From: Basidiobolus meristosporus CBS 931.73 | Lineage: Eukaryota > Fungi > Basidiobolomycota | DNA: 64,000 bases | NCBI GenBank assembly: GCA_002104905.1 | Contig: MCFE01000042.1 | Location: forward strand, 62,001-126,000 | Direction: 5' to 3' | Shown here: positions 50,175 to 63,485 of the stretch, piece by piece | How the letters are laid out: the number at the start of each line of letters is the position of its first letter | Numbering within the stretch: position 1 is the stretch's first letter | Position numbers and translations under genes: made by a program | The notes under the pieces: model-generated | Seen by the model: the letters and a program-made list of their open reading frames with translations, nothing else | Told to the model about the DNA's origin: nothing | Databases searched by the model: none

Positions 50175-50954
50175 ACTATCGAAAGGATCTTGAGTGTCCT
50201 GCGGATGATTGTAGGTTGGTTGAAAGGAGTTTAGAGGCGAAAACAAACTTGAGGGACGACCTGATCGTAAGTATACTACAAACTTAACTATTGTGCGATC
50301 AAGTTGACATAGCTAAACGCATTAGTTGTTAATAGGAGCATAAATCGGTGGGACCCAACGCAGAATCGAAATGTAAATAAAGGAAAGGTTAAATGGATCA
50401 ACTGGGTTTAGGTATGATCGTGGTATTGGATAATCACACCATGTTCGTGCGATCATTAATAGCGCAACGCTTGTAGAACACTGGTAGTACCTATGTCTTA
50501 CTTGATATTAGTAAACAACCGTGGATGAAAATGTAGACGGGATGAAGACGGTCCGAATATTTATCCAATCCTTTCGTTTCTCACATCTTATAGAAATGTA
50601 ACTATTACATATGGCTAGTCATTGCTGGTAATACCAATGATGATGGCAGCTGGTAAATCGCCCAATTCCCCTATCTCACCTCGTAGCCAATGCCCAGTAT
50701 CCAAAAACATGAATCACACAGAGAAAGCGCTACGGCAAAGGATGAGCACCAGAGATGTGATGGAAGTAATTAGATTTAGCCTCTAGCAGAAGTTAATGTT
50801 GCACAAGGGTTTCTTGTTGGTCATAGGGATCCCGGGATTGGATGATGGCACAAACATAAGGTTAGGTTTAAGTTTGGGGTAGCGTACCCAGAATAATATA
50901 AAGCCACGCAGCGTGTCCATGTCAAGCACCTGCTGGCACTCGACTTCCATCATT

Positions 50955-52287
50955 ATGCCAAACGTGAGTGATCCGGAAAAATCGGACGAGTTTCAATCTG
51001 AGAAGTTAACCCTTGATGAGGATTCTAAACTCGACGTTCCTCCAGAAGGTGGCTATGGATGGGTGGTGGTGCTTTCGAGCTTTCTAATCCACTTTGTCGT
51101 TCTCGGCGTCCAATACTCCTGGGGTATTTATCAGCAGTATTACCTATCACACACCTTTGCTGGTCGCGTGAAAGCTTCGTCACTATCGTTGGTTGGGACT
51201 ATCGGTGCTGCTGCCATGCCCATATGTGGCATCGTGACTGGCCGATTGGCAGATAGGTACGGGTTTAAACTCATCGCTTTTTGCGGAACAGCAACCCTCA
51301 CCTTAGGCCTGATACTTGCCTCCTTTGCAAAGGAATTATGGCACCTGTACCTTACTCAGGGGCTGTTGTATGGAGTTGGCAGCTCTCTATGCTTCTTCCC
51401 CGCAATCAGCGTCCCATCACAGTGGTTTAAGCAGAGGCGTGGATTGGCAGTGGGTATTGCTGTCTCCGGCTCAGGTATAGGCGGATTGGCTTTGGGCCCA
51501 GCCACCGACAGGCTGATCTCAAGCTTGGGCCACCAATGGGCTCTACGGGTTACTGGAATCTTCTCGTTTGTACTGCTTAGTGTAGCATGCATCCTCTTGC
51601 GAACCAGAGCCAAGACCAAGGTGAACAGCCCAATCATTGACGTAAAGTTATTCAAAAACCCAAAATTCATCATCATGTGCCTTGGTGGAGTGACATTTAG
51701 CTTTGGCTATCTGATCCCCATGTACTATATTCCTGACTACGCTTCGTCCATCAGCCTTTCGGCCAGCTCTGGTGCTCTGATAGTTGGGCTCCTGAACGGC
51801 GCCTCCGCCTTGGGTCGAGTGTTGCTTGGCACGGCGGCGGATAGATTTGGCCGGCTGAACCTTCTGGTGTTCTGTATGCTGGTTGGATCCTTGTCCACCC
51901 TGATTATCTGGCCGAATGCGGGCTCTTTTGCACCGCTTCTGATCTTTGCTCTCCTGTTCGGGTTCACCGCAGGCGGGTTCATCAGCTTGTTTCCGGTGGT
52001 GATTGCTAATATATTCGGTAAGTGGAGCATACAGTGAGTTTCAGTGATGATTCGTGGTAACACAAGCCTCTCTAGGGTTGGAGAATCTCGCCACAGTGAC
52101 TGGCCTGGTTTATGCGTCCACGGGTGTTGGGAACCTCGCTGGGTCGCCCACAGCAGGCGCGCTTCACGATAGCACCTCTGACTATCTGCCTGTGATCTTA
52201 CTCTCGGGCGTTACGATGGTATTCGGTACGCTGGTCAACTTTGGGTTGCGTATGATGGTCGAGAGGAAGTTGTTCGCAAAAGCCTAG
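50955..52287 (+). CDS. MFS transporter, MCH/monocarboxylate-porter family (one intron near 52018-52076)
   Basis: PPEGGYGWVVV, GRLADRYG, QWFKQRRGLAVGIAVSGSGIGG, GRVLLGTAADRFGRLN. Confidence 0.92.
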
Positions 52288-52626
52288 AATTCAGTGAATA
52301 ATACGTGTATATAATCCATTAATAAAGTTCTGCTACTCCTGCCTTGAGGATTGTTCTATGTATCCATAATAGGATGACCGGAAGTTTCCTACACAATGGC
52401 GATAATAAATCAATCCAGCTAGCAAATCCAGCTAGCACAGTATAATTAAGGAGGAAGAAAAGGGGATCTGCTTGCTTGCTTTCAACTCCCGACCCAATCG
52501 ATAAATACTTGTCATCTGGCATTATTTACCCCGCGTTCTCTTATCGAACTTTTATACAACCTGTGCTCCCTTTACGCTTCGTACCTTCCCACAACGTTTG
52601 ATCGCTTTGTTTGCGTCTTGTAGAAT

Positions 52627-54168
52627 ATGCGACTGCCTGATGTCGCGGAAGTAGCATTGACGTGGTTTGTTCTGCTCCTGGGCATCTTTCCTGCTGAACC
52701 TTCACCGCTTTCGACTGTCATAAAGGTTCGTGATATCGGTCTCAGAAAAAACGATGGTAAATAGAGTTGCTGACCCATGGTTTCTTGGCTGTATTTGACA
52801 CGATTCCCCAATCCGATTTAGTGGCAGCTCTAACTGAACAATGTGGCCCGGACATCTATTGTTTACCCAAATTCAACGTCACCTGGACCATGGGTAGCGT
52901 AGGGCTGTTAAGGTGGAACCCGAACTATCCGACCTTCAGAGTCCAAGGCTTTGTTGACATACGTTTGTACGAGATGACCAACACACGCAAGCCAGTCAAG
53001 GAGTGGCTCAACATAACCAATGAGGATGGTTTATGGTCCATCAATCTAGATCACTCAAGTGGCATTTTCCCCGAGGTCTTCAGGCGCCCCAAGAACACAA
53101 CGGTGACTCGACATTACCGGTTTCTAGTGACTGCCAACAGCGACCCTATCGAGGGAAAACAAAAGGGCCCCATTTTCACCATAGAAGGTGAGTCTGCCTT
53201 CCCACTCGTTGGCGCAACTGATCACTCACTTAACACCGCTTCGTAGACCCGCCGCCGCCTGAAGAAGTGAACTCCAACCCCCTACATTTTGCTCTCCCTA
53301 TATCCAACAATTCCTTATTGATCCATCCTGAGGGCACCAGCTCCAGTGCAGCTCCACATACCACTGTTGACCCCGACAAGTCCCAAACAGACGAATTCTC
53401 CAGCGCAGATGCCACCAAGTCCTCGGATAAACCCCCAAGATCCTCTCCGTCGTCTGGCACCGTTGTCGGGATAATCGCTGGCACGTCGATTGGCCTTATG
53501 CTTCTCATTGGATATCCTTTAATTCCGAATCTCTTTGAATTCACTCGTTTGCCTTGTATATTTGTATGGTGCCTTAACTCGCAGCTTTTACGCTAATTTA
53601 TTATCTTATTCGACACTGCGATCGAGCCAATTTCGTCAGAAGAGCCAAATCCCTGAACCAAAATCAATCCAACTTCCCGCCAATGATCGAGACCCACCAC
53701 CAGAACCTCTCGCGCTATTCTGTGGCAGGGTACGCCAGCACCGAAGCTTTCCTCCCCACCAGTGACCATGAGAATCGAAGTCACTCCTATAGCAACCATG
53801 ATCAGCACATCCTGGCCGCTCTGCCAAACAATTCGTCCGGCGCCAACCAGCTCTCCCCAACTGAGCAAGATTTTGAGCCTGATCCCTTACGCCTGACGGT
53901 AAAAGATGCTCAGCTGATAGCGGAAACGTACAGGAGGCTGCTAAGAAAACCTAGCTGGAATGCTGACGAAGGAAAAGATTTGGCAAAACGCAACACATAC
54001 ACAGACGAGCTATTACGACGAGAGCTCCAAGCCGATGGGAAGGGGGTGAAACAAGTGAATACCGCACCCACTATAATAGTAGTGAATGAGGAGCAAAAGC
54101 TGAACCGGACCAGTATGATGTCAGTGGGGCATTTGGAGGAACTGCCTAGCCCAACCAGAATGATATAG
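52627..54168 (+). CDS. Putative type I single-pass membrane protein, unknown function (multi-exon)
   Basis: Inferred exon 1 signal peptide MRLPDVAEVALTWFVLLLGIFPAEP; beta-rich ectodomain; Ser/Thr stalk; TM GTVVGIIAGTSIGLMLLIG; tail DAQLIAETYRRLLRKPSW. Confidence 0.65.
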
Positions 54169-54761
54169 CTTGTTGGGCCAGACGATACATGCAATTTTGA
54201 ATGAAAGATACGCTTCGTTGAAGAGATTTTGTCGTCTCAGCTGGTCTACGGTGTCCAGGCTACTCTCGATGAATCAATATTGGCAACACCTATTTGGTCA
54301 GAAACCCCCTGCCAAGAGGCAAATTGAAATACGCTTTGATATCCCCGATCCTCGGGAAACGAACTCAACCATGGATTGATGGTTGCAAGGGTAATTAATG
54401 GACATTTCGGGACATTTACCAACAACATCTTTGATGAATGCGTGTTACGTAATAAAATCCCGATTAATCTTATTATCAAAAATATCGGCACTGGTGGTTG
54501 TTGGATGGAGAAAGGCATACGCCTGTGTCATTGATTGGCGGTTAGCGCGTAAAAATAGCCCAAATGTTAGGATGGTTGATGGAGATTCAATTTGCGCAGA
54601 GTTAAAGTTACTAAGGTAAGATTCCATGCAAGTATTGGACTTTTCGGTCAAGCCAACTAGCGCGATCTTATTGGTGATCCATTGATACATTCTGTCAGGT
54701 CAACTCAATTCGAAGGATAAAACTCGACTACCGTAAACTAGCCCTTCAGTGTGTACTGAAA

Positions 54762-56429
54762 ATGTCTTGTAAAGCAGTTATTCTAGTTGGTGGTCCTTCT
54801 CGTGGCACCCGGTTTCGCCCACTCTCTCTCAACGTCCCCAAACCTTTGTTCCCCGTCGCTGGCCAACCCATCTTGTATCATCATGTCTGCGCACTCGCGA
54901 AAGTTCAAAACCTTACTGAAATTCTGATGATTGGCTTCTATGAAGACTCCATCTTCACCAGCTTCATCGATCGCATCAACTTCGAATTCCCTCATCTCAA
55001 GATCACGTAAGTACAGTTTGAAGTATTTTTCCTCTGTTTGGCTGATGTAGTTAACGGTGGACATATTCTATTATTCTAGCTACCTTCGGGAGTATCAAGC
55101 TCTTGGAACTGCAGGTGGTATTTATCACTTCAGAGATAAAATTCTTCTTGGCGCTCCTAGCAACTTCTTCGTTCTGAATGCCGATGTGTGCTGCTCCTTC
55201 CCACTTAACGAAATGATGGCTTTCCACAATGAGAAAAACGCCATGTGTACCATCTTGGGCACCAAGGTAAATCCCAACCCCATGAGAGTTTGAGAAGTTC
55301 GCCAGAATTGAAGCCTTTGCAATCGATTTGACAGGTCGAAAAGGCCACTGCTAACAGATTCGGTTGTATCGTGGCCGAACCTGAAACCAACGAAGTTCTT
55401 CACTACGTAGAAAAGCCCGAGTCCTTCGTCAGTGACCTTGTGAGCTGTGGTATCTACCTGTTCCAGCGTTCCATCTTCACTGAGATCAAGCACGCTGTAG
55501 AGAAGAAGGACGAAGAGTATCCTTTAACTATATGATAGCTAGCATTCGAATTGGGAATCCTGTTTGTTACAACCCTTAATTTAATGCCTCCATAGTGTTA
55601 TTGATAACGAGGCTGGATTCGTTGAAGAAAGTACCGAGCGTCTTCAATTGGAACAAGACATTTTCCCAAGATTGACTGCGCAGAAAAAGATGTTCGTGTA
55701 CTCGTCCCGAAGCTTCTTCAGTCAGATCAAAACTGCGGTGTAAGCTTAGAACCCATTCGAGTTGTTGGTGGCCCTTTCAAAACTAACGTTTGGTCGTTCC
55801 AACCTTCATCCTATCAGGTCCGCATTACCTGCCAGCAACCTTTATCTCCGAGAGATGTATGAGAACTCCCCAGAGAAACTGGCACGTACTTCGCAACATG
55901 GACCAGAAATTGTCGGGGCTGTTTACATTCATCCTTCAGCCAATGTCCACCCAGAAGCTAGAGTAAGTGTTCCAAACTGCGGAGCAAACTGCGATCCATC
56001 AAGTCTAACCATAGCTAAACTTGGTTTTAGATTGGGCCCAATGTTTCGATCGGCCCTCGTGCAGTAATCGGCAAAGGTGTTAGAATCAGAGATTCCATCA
56101 TTCTTGATAATGTGGAGATTCAGGTGGGTTGATTGACATGCATGCGTGACCTGGCAAATACTAACATGGTTTATCCCATTTCCCAGGATAACAGTTGCGT
56201 TCTTTGGAGTATTATCGGTTGGAGCTCTCGTATTGGCACTTGGGCTCGTGTTGAAGGCACCCCAATGGACAACTACAACGCCACCGTCACTCAGAACGGC
56301 GTCAAGATCCAGTCGATCGCAATCCTTGGCAAGGAGGTCAACGTTGATGACGAGGTGGTCATTCGCAACTGTATCGTCCTCCCTCACAAAGACCTTACCA
56401 TCAACTGTCACAACGAAATTCTACTATAG
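54762..56429 (+). CDS. GMPPA: Mannose-1-phosphate guanylyltransferase alpha-type subunit (GMPPA/mpg2-like), multi-exon
   Basis: [28 protein letters not shown]; [12 protein letters not shown]; HYVEKP; left-handed beta-helix C-terminus ...NCIVLPHK. Confidence 0.9.
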
Positions 56430-56714
56430 ATACAAATTCAACTACAGAGTGATCTCACTAAAATTCCATAATAAATCCTTGATTTTTATCGACCGACGAG
56501 GGTCATTGCGGGTGGCATGGAATTTTTCTTTCTCAAAACAAATTCCGATTTCTTCCTTGTTCAAAACAACCACAACAATAGCATTAGACTACTTTGGCGT
56601 GACGAACTCGTGTGCGAGACCGGATTTTGTTATTGTCGCTTTTTGCTAGAATTCACATAGATACGCACCACTGCAATCCCCATATCACTTGTTCGGTTCT
56701 ATAATTTATATCCA

Positions 56715-58941
56715 ATGTTACATGAATTACTCTTGGCGTTGTCGGGACATCCGGGAGATATCTTCGTTTTGCACTTGACGGATTCTTCGACCACCCCAGT
56801 CTTCCGAATTCCTGAAGATTTCACTTTTCTACACCCGTCAGAGAAAGGGGCCTTGGAACAGTTGGCTCAGCTAGGTGGCTGGTACAGAAGAGTCAAAACA
56901 TTTACAGAACAGCATCGTTCTAAAGAGTGGTTGAGCGGGTCGTCAAGGGTCAAGCTTCCCCACGGTGCGTACTTTCAAGGATTTTGCCAAGGAATTCGCC
57001 AAGCCTTAAAGGACTATGAAGACGCGATCGTGGAGCTGGAAGGGCGCATTCTGAAACAAACGTCATCTCAGACCCCTTTAAGTTTGATCTCCTCCTGGCT
57101 GTCACCCTTCTTTTTCATACTCCCTCACCTAGATAGTCTGGTTGGTTTGATTGAGGAAAAGCCCGATCTCTATCACGGAGGTCGTCTGCTCTCCCTGCTG
57201 GCTTCCAAATGCGAGTCAGGTGTGAGTGAGGTTAGGGAGACTATGCTCAAATTAACGCAACACGTGAGAAAAGTATTCTATCAACAGATCACCTCTTGGA
57301 TTGTTTATGGTACATTGGCTGACCCGCACGGAGAATTCTTCGTGAAGCGATTGAGTAGTGTTCATTTTGCACCTAACTCTAAGGAGGCCCACGAAACTAG
57401 CTACTCGCAGTTAGAGAACGACAACTTTACTTTCCAGAAGCTATTCACCCTTGACACCAAGCAAATTCCCGATTTCATCCCCATCAAAGTAGCCAACTCA
57501 ATCTTATTTGTTGGACAGTCAGTCTACACCATCAGGATGGCCAATATTAGCCAGGTACACTCCATTCCGACGTTCCTCACCTCTAAGCATTTGAAGCTAC
57601 TTCTCGAATTGAGCAAATCTCCGGTGTACCGTGGAATAGAGTTGGAATCTGTGGTATTGGAGATTCGAAAGGATGTTTCGGAATGGCTTTGGAAGGTGGT
57701 TCTGGTGGGTGAAAAAACTCTGGGCTGCTTGGAGGTTTTCCGAAAGTTCTTTCTTCTCGGGAGTGGCGACTATTTCTTGCAACTTATCGAATCTTTTGAG
57801 GCATTACGTACAGCACGACAGAAGGAGATGCGCAAGGTGGTCATCAAGGAACAGGAACTCAATGCAATGATGATACAATCGTCGGTTGGCACATCGGTCG
57901 AGGATGACCCTACTCTAGAGAAGTTGTCATTTAGAGTAACTCCAGCGTCAACTAAACCCGGGTACGACTCGCATAAAGACGAGTTAAGTGACACACATAG
58001 TCCCAGTAACTTGTACAACGATCTTCTCCTGTTTGGATCACGGATTGAGCTTCAATATTCCATATCATGGCCTATGGATTTGATATTTACTGATGTCGAG
58101 ATGGAACGTTACAATGCTTTGATGAGCTTCTTGCTGGTTTTGAGACGTACCCATAATCGCCTGCAGAAGGTCTGGATGCTCGGGAACGCCGTGCGCCGAC
58201 AGGACCTTCGTTGGCAATGCAAAGGCCGTCTCCATGACGAAAGTCGTTTTTACGAGCCCAAGGAAATGGCCCACGATGAAAGGATGTGGCGACTTCGAAC
58301 AAAGATGCTTCATTTTGTAGATTCCATATGGTCCCACGTTCAGGTTAGCAATATTCAGTTTATTGGTCCCATTATTGAAGCTAAGCCAACCTTATCCCTA
58401 TAGACCGACGCTATTGAAACGTGCAGCACTGACTTCTCAGAGCTGATTCGTGCCACCGCCTTAACTCAACCTGGGGAAGTCTCAATTGAAGGCTATCGGG
58501 GCTCTACTAAGCCACTACACGATTTTGAAGATATCCGCTCAGCGCACTCCCTTCATCTGGACCAGCTCTTTGCAGCGTGCCTATTGTTCTACCGACCATT
58601 AAGCTTGGCCTTGAGAAAAATATTCGTCACATGTGACACGTTCTGTAATCAACTGGAGAAAGGGCTGTCCTCGGATTCCAAAATATTCCATTTTGAGGAG
58701 AATGAGCATCCGGTCGAGCGAATTGAGCAGGTAAGAATCAATAAGTCTATGATGAAACCACCAGCTACTTATCCATCTACATCAGGAATTCGGGGAGCAA
58801 AGCGAATTTTTCTTCCGTACAGTGTCAGATATGAATCGACAAGGAGGCTCCAATACCGGACCTGCTCGTCATCTCGACCAACTTCTACTCCGGTTGGACT
58901 TCAACAACACATATTCCTTGGCGCGAACCACGCTTAATTGA
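56715..58941 (+). CDS. Gamma-tubulin complex component 4 (GCP4/Gfh1-like)
   Basis: MLHELLLALSGHPG, FLHPSE, WIVYGTLADPHGEFF, FFLLGSGD, YSISWPMDLIF, terminal LDQLLLRLDFN; two 3' introns inferred. Confidence 0.85.
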
Positions 58942-60148
58942 TGTATAAATGCTGTTTCGGATCCCGCCACTTCGTGAATGCATGCATGTAAATAAATGTC
59001 TAATCGCATCATTTAGCTCTGGCTCGTGGCCTGCTCCACCCTTTGGTCGTATATATGGTAGTTTATTCATTGCCCTCCAGCAGTGTTTCCTTTACCCAAA
59101 CCGACAAATGTTCAGCGGGCAATTTAAGGATTCGGGGAATTCGGTGGGGTTTTATCATATTAGATAAAGATTTGTGTACAGGAGCGTAAACGAATTTGCA
59201 GATCATGACCCTTTAAAAATCGATCGTGTTTGGCGCTCTTTTACGCATTCAATGCATAACTTTTCTAGCTGTTCAAAGTCATGGGATAGATAGGTTCTCA
59301 TGGAAACAGAATGGCAGCTACAGTTTAGCGGATAATCGTTGCTCCATTACACTTGAGGCTAGCCGCATACACGCTCTTCAGGCGCGGAATAAGCGATTCT
59401 CGCTGTATAGTCCAAGACAATAGACAGCGTAAGGCCAGAATTAGCTTAAAACTCGATATTCATGTCAGTAGCGACAGCAGTGATAAGAAAGGGAGAAATG
59501 ATGAAATGCCACACGCGAATACCTGGTCCCTGAGTACTTGCCTTAAGGACAAGATTGCCACACTTATAGTGGACTCCAACATCATCTTGATTGCTGTATA
59601 TAACGGTTTACTCTTTTCTACCCCCCTCTGGCATTCAAATACCTATACCTGCTGATTCTGATAAATCCATTAATCAATCCATCAGCAGTATGGCCACCCC
59701 TACTCTACCGCTGTTTACGCTAAATGCTCCCAAAACTTGGGCTACGCTGGATGGTTACTGCAACAACATTTCGAACCAATTATACGCTGGGAGATACATC
59801 TAAAAATTCCCCTCGTTATCATTATTATATACTCAGTGATATATCGAAGCGGCTTTAGATGGCTTAACCAAGTCTGAAGGTAAGTTGGTGGTTTGGGGGT
59901 CGCAAGTTGCGGTCCTCAGGCTGGTTGGATGTCGAAAATCCAAACTCTCCTGGATATCGATCTCACTCTTGACAAGAAATATTTACAAGTAACACAGCTT
60001 GGAGTGAACTTGTAGGTGGAGCATTGTTGATAAAAGTGTGTATGTACGTTTATATTCATTGTATGTATATATGAAATTTTTTCAGTAAACTTCAATACTT
60101 TCTAGCTAGTTGGAAATCAAATGACTTAAACGTGGTGACTAGTTAGTA

Positions 60149-60830
60149 TCAAGGTCCAGAACCACCAAAAGCAATGCTAGCATCTGGGATACTTGGATTT
60201 GTTTCCTCCGTCTTCTGTACGCCTAACTCTTCGTTATTTGGAGGCGGATGCCTGAAATACAACCAATGATAATACTGTCGCTGATGAACAAAGGTTGCTA
60301 CCTCTTGCTTCAATATAGCTTCACGGAAAGATTCCCTTTGTAGCATATCAAGAAAATAGAGAGCATGAGGGTAGCTAAAGTGGTGGAAAGTGAGTAAGAA
60401 TCGACAACGAAAAACACGGATTATGTCACATCGACCCTCAGTCCTATCGTAGAAAAACTTACACGACGAACTTTGCATATTCAGGTTTCTTCCAATACTG
60501 TAGGTACTCCAGATAGTTCAAAAAGGCAGCATTTTTAAAATACTCCTGTTGTGCTAGATCTAAACATTTTGACATATTTAAAAGGGAGTTGCTTAGTGCT
60601 GCGTATTTGTTCAACGAATAAGGTAGCTAATTATTACAGTTTAGATACCACGGGTTTGCCAAGCACTGAACAAATTCGAGCTCCACTTGGAAGCGTTCCT
60701 TGTTAGGATCGATGGGAGGCTCAGACTCGGGTTGAGTCTCGCCAGTGGCTTCGGCGTTGTTTTCTGAGCGAACCTCTGCTAATTCATTAGCGCTGGGTAC
60801 ATCTACAGGCTGCTCACTTGAAAGCTCCAT
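60149..60830 (-). CDS. MED31: Mediator subunit Med31/Soh1, multi-exon
   Basis: RFQVELEFVQCLANPWYLN; YLEYLQYWKKPEYAKF; YPHALYFLDMLQ..FR. Confidence 0.92.
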
Positions 60831-61676
60831 CTAGCGAGGCCTCGTATATTGCACGTTTGGACTAAATAGTATGAGCAATATATATCTACCTTCATAGATT
60901 AGCATTTAATAGTGAATGAAATTTTTCTTTAGTTAACCGTAAATCAGTAATAATCGCCCAAAATAGACCTAGTACGATTAAACCCTAGAAATCAACAAAA
61001 GTCTGTAAACGTTGACCATTTTGTTGATAGAATCCGAAGGCTTATGTCAGAAACACTAACGCTTATGACCACCACTACTTTTCCGCATCAGAATACATGG
61101 CTCTCAATCCAATAAATAGCACGCAAACGCCATCTCCTACAAGAACTAAGCCTCCCCATTCTTATAGGTGATGTATCACAAGTAAATAGATCCATTCTCA
61201 AGTCGTCAGGTGGATCATAAACAAATATCTCGGATTGACTACAATCCCAGGTCTGGGCAGAAAAGTGAGTGGAAACCTGATTTCCCCTATCTATTAAATA
61301 TGAGAATTGTGATGTTTTTGGCTTCGTCACTTTAGCCAGTTTTATACTTATTGGACTGCGCTTTTAACAGGTTCATCGCTCAATTGATAAGCATTGTCAC
61401 TTGGCCTTCGCAACACTCATTGTGTTTAAATTCCCATATTTAACCATCGTGTGTAATTGCCTCTCTTCCATATCTATATTCTGTTAAGGGCACCAAGCAA
61501 AGATTGTGACGCCTGCTATTCCTTATTACAGTCTTCACCTCAGTCTTCTATAGTTTTGTGCAAAAGTCGATATTGCATTGCAGTCGTCAACCCGATTGCC
61601 GATCGCTATCAGTTCCGGAAACACCGGTCTATCTGCCCTTTGACACTTTATGTCAAGAAGTCAATACCTCAATACT

Positions 61677-62904
61677 ATGCCTGGAAATAACCACAACAGC
61701 AAACGTGAACGTTTCACCAATGAGCTGGACCTGGAGGAGTTTGCGCAGGAATGGTCTAGTGGTTGTGCCACTCCAGTAAGCATCACAAGTATGTTGTAGA
61801 TACCTTTTCTCTGCAGGTTTTAGCAAGCTAACATTGAAACCGGTAACCGTAAGATTCATGGATTCAGATATCCAGTCGAGAAATGTCCTCTGCCTCTGAA
61901 GCGGAGGAAGAGGAAGAAATTGAAGAGGAGGTCAATGACCCATTTAGTCGACGTCGTACCCATATTGGTCTCGAAGAGACTTTACTCAAAGCAAGGTATG
62001 CTTGTGTGCACTCAGAAATGATTGGTGCTATGATTTTGTAACTAAAATTCGCCCTGGATACCAGCCTACACTCGCTCCTGGCGACCACCTCCACATCAGC
62101 CATCCCAAGGAAAAAAGCAAAGAAGAGCTATACGCACAGCACTTCGCTTGCTGCTTCAACTCCAATTCCTGTGCCTCAGCTCAACGGCTCGCCTCCGATG
62201 CTACCACTACCCTCCAGCCTCCCAAATTCGCCTTCGATGGGCGGAATTCCTAATATGCTTCTAAATAACGAGTCTGATGCTTTCAAACATCCCATCGAGC
62301 GAACAGCCAGCAGAACATCAGCCTGTATGGATGAAAATATGCCACAGGCAATATTGCTGGATGAATGCGGGTTCGAAGAGGCCATTTCGCACGACATCAC
62401 CGAAGTGGAGAAGCCAGAGCTTTTACACGACGGACCTTCTGCGCAAGCATGTAAGCCAGGGATCCCACATACGTTGGCAATGTGTTGGGATCGAGCCAGA
62501 CGGCCAACACCACCATCCGCTCTCGTGGACGTCATTGCATCGGACGGTTTGCTACGTAACCACGTAGAAAACCACCCAGTGAAAAGAAAACGAGAGATCT
62601 CAAGTCAAAGCAAGACCAAGCCGAGTCATAAAACACGTAGTAAAAGGTACCTCTGATTCGGAATAGCGTAGTAAACGATGTTTCTCATCTAATGCATACT
62701 CATAGCAGGAAGGAGGACGTCACCATGCGTCTCTGGATGGCAGCACTGATCTCAGTTGCACTGTTTGGCACCGGGTTTTCAGTAGGATTTGGCGCAGGGT
62801 ATGTACACGTACGCGCAAGTGTGAACCGTGGATATATGCTAACGAGAAACCTTCCTCGCCACAGGTATTTCCTGCGCTACTCTCGATTCTACGCCACCTC
62901 ATGA
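61677..62904 (+). CDS. Putative tail-anchored membrane protein of unknown function (5 exons inferred)
   Basis: Phase-consistent GT-AG joins give MPGNNHNSKRERFTNELDLEEFAQEW..EAEEEEEIEEE..low-complexity..LWMAALISVALFGTGFSVGFGAGYFLRYSRFYATS*. Confidence 0.6.
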
Positions 62905-63485
62905 TCAAGACAACGCAATTTTTGGAGACATATGGACAACATAGCCTTGTGGCTGTATTTGCTAGATCTATGGACAATGTAACCTTGCAGCTAATCTTGA
63001 TGGCTAATTTATCCTAAGCTTAAGTCATCATTGCCACCCTAACCGCATACCACAGCCAAATAAATCACCATCACGTACACAGCCAAATAAATCACCCATC
63101 TAATCATGATTAAGAAATCACTATGCTGCATACCACCGATGATGAAGACTAGATGGGCACCATTGCGTACGGCACCCCTCAAACTCAAATAGATTAATCG
63201 CCCCACCCAAAGGCCGGATTTGGACGTAAGACTATTTTTGATCACGACCCTGATCAACCAGCATTTGGCTTTTCCATTTATTATGACTATTCATCGATTT
63301 TTTTTTCTTTTTTCTTCACGCTGCTTTTTACCCCATTTCAAATCGGATTATTCAATCAAGGATAAATTCCCTCGTGTCCCTTTGGTCTTTAACCACACGT
63401 TTCATTTTATTCGGTTGTGTACTCTATAAAGGAAACGGACTCCCCTGTATCTCCATACTTTCGTCGTGAAACTACTTCCTTTAAT

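Noticed and set aside
59690-59972. Possible ~50-aa three-exon micro-gene (MATPTLPLF...GWLDVENPNSPGYRSHS)
   Set aside because: Needs a weak GTTACT donor and a 41-nt intron with no clear branch site; no recognisable motif.
63049-63100. 28-bp-period duplication CACAGCCAAATAAATCACC upstream of DBP2
   Set aside because: Two copies only; ordinary slippage with no further support.
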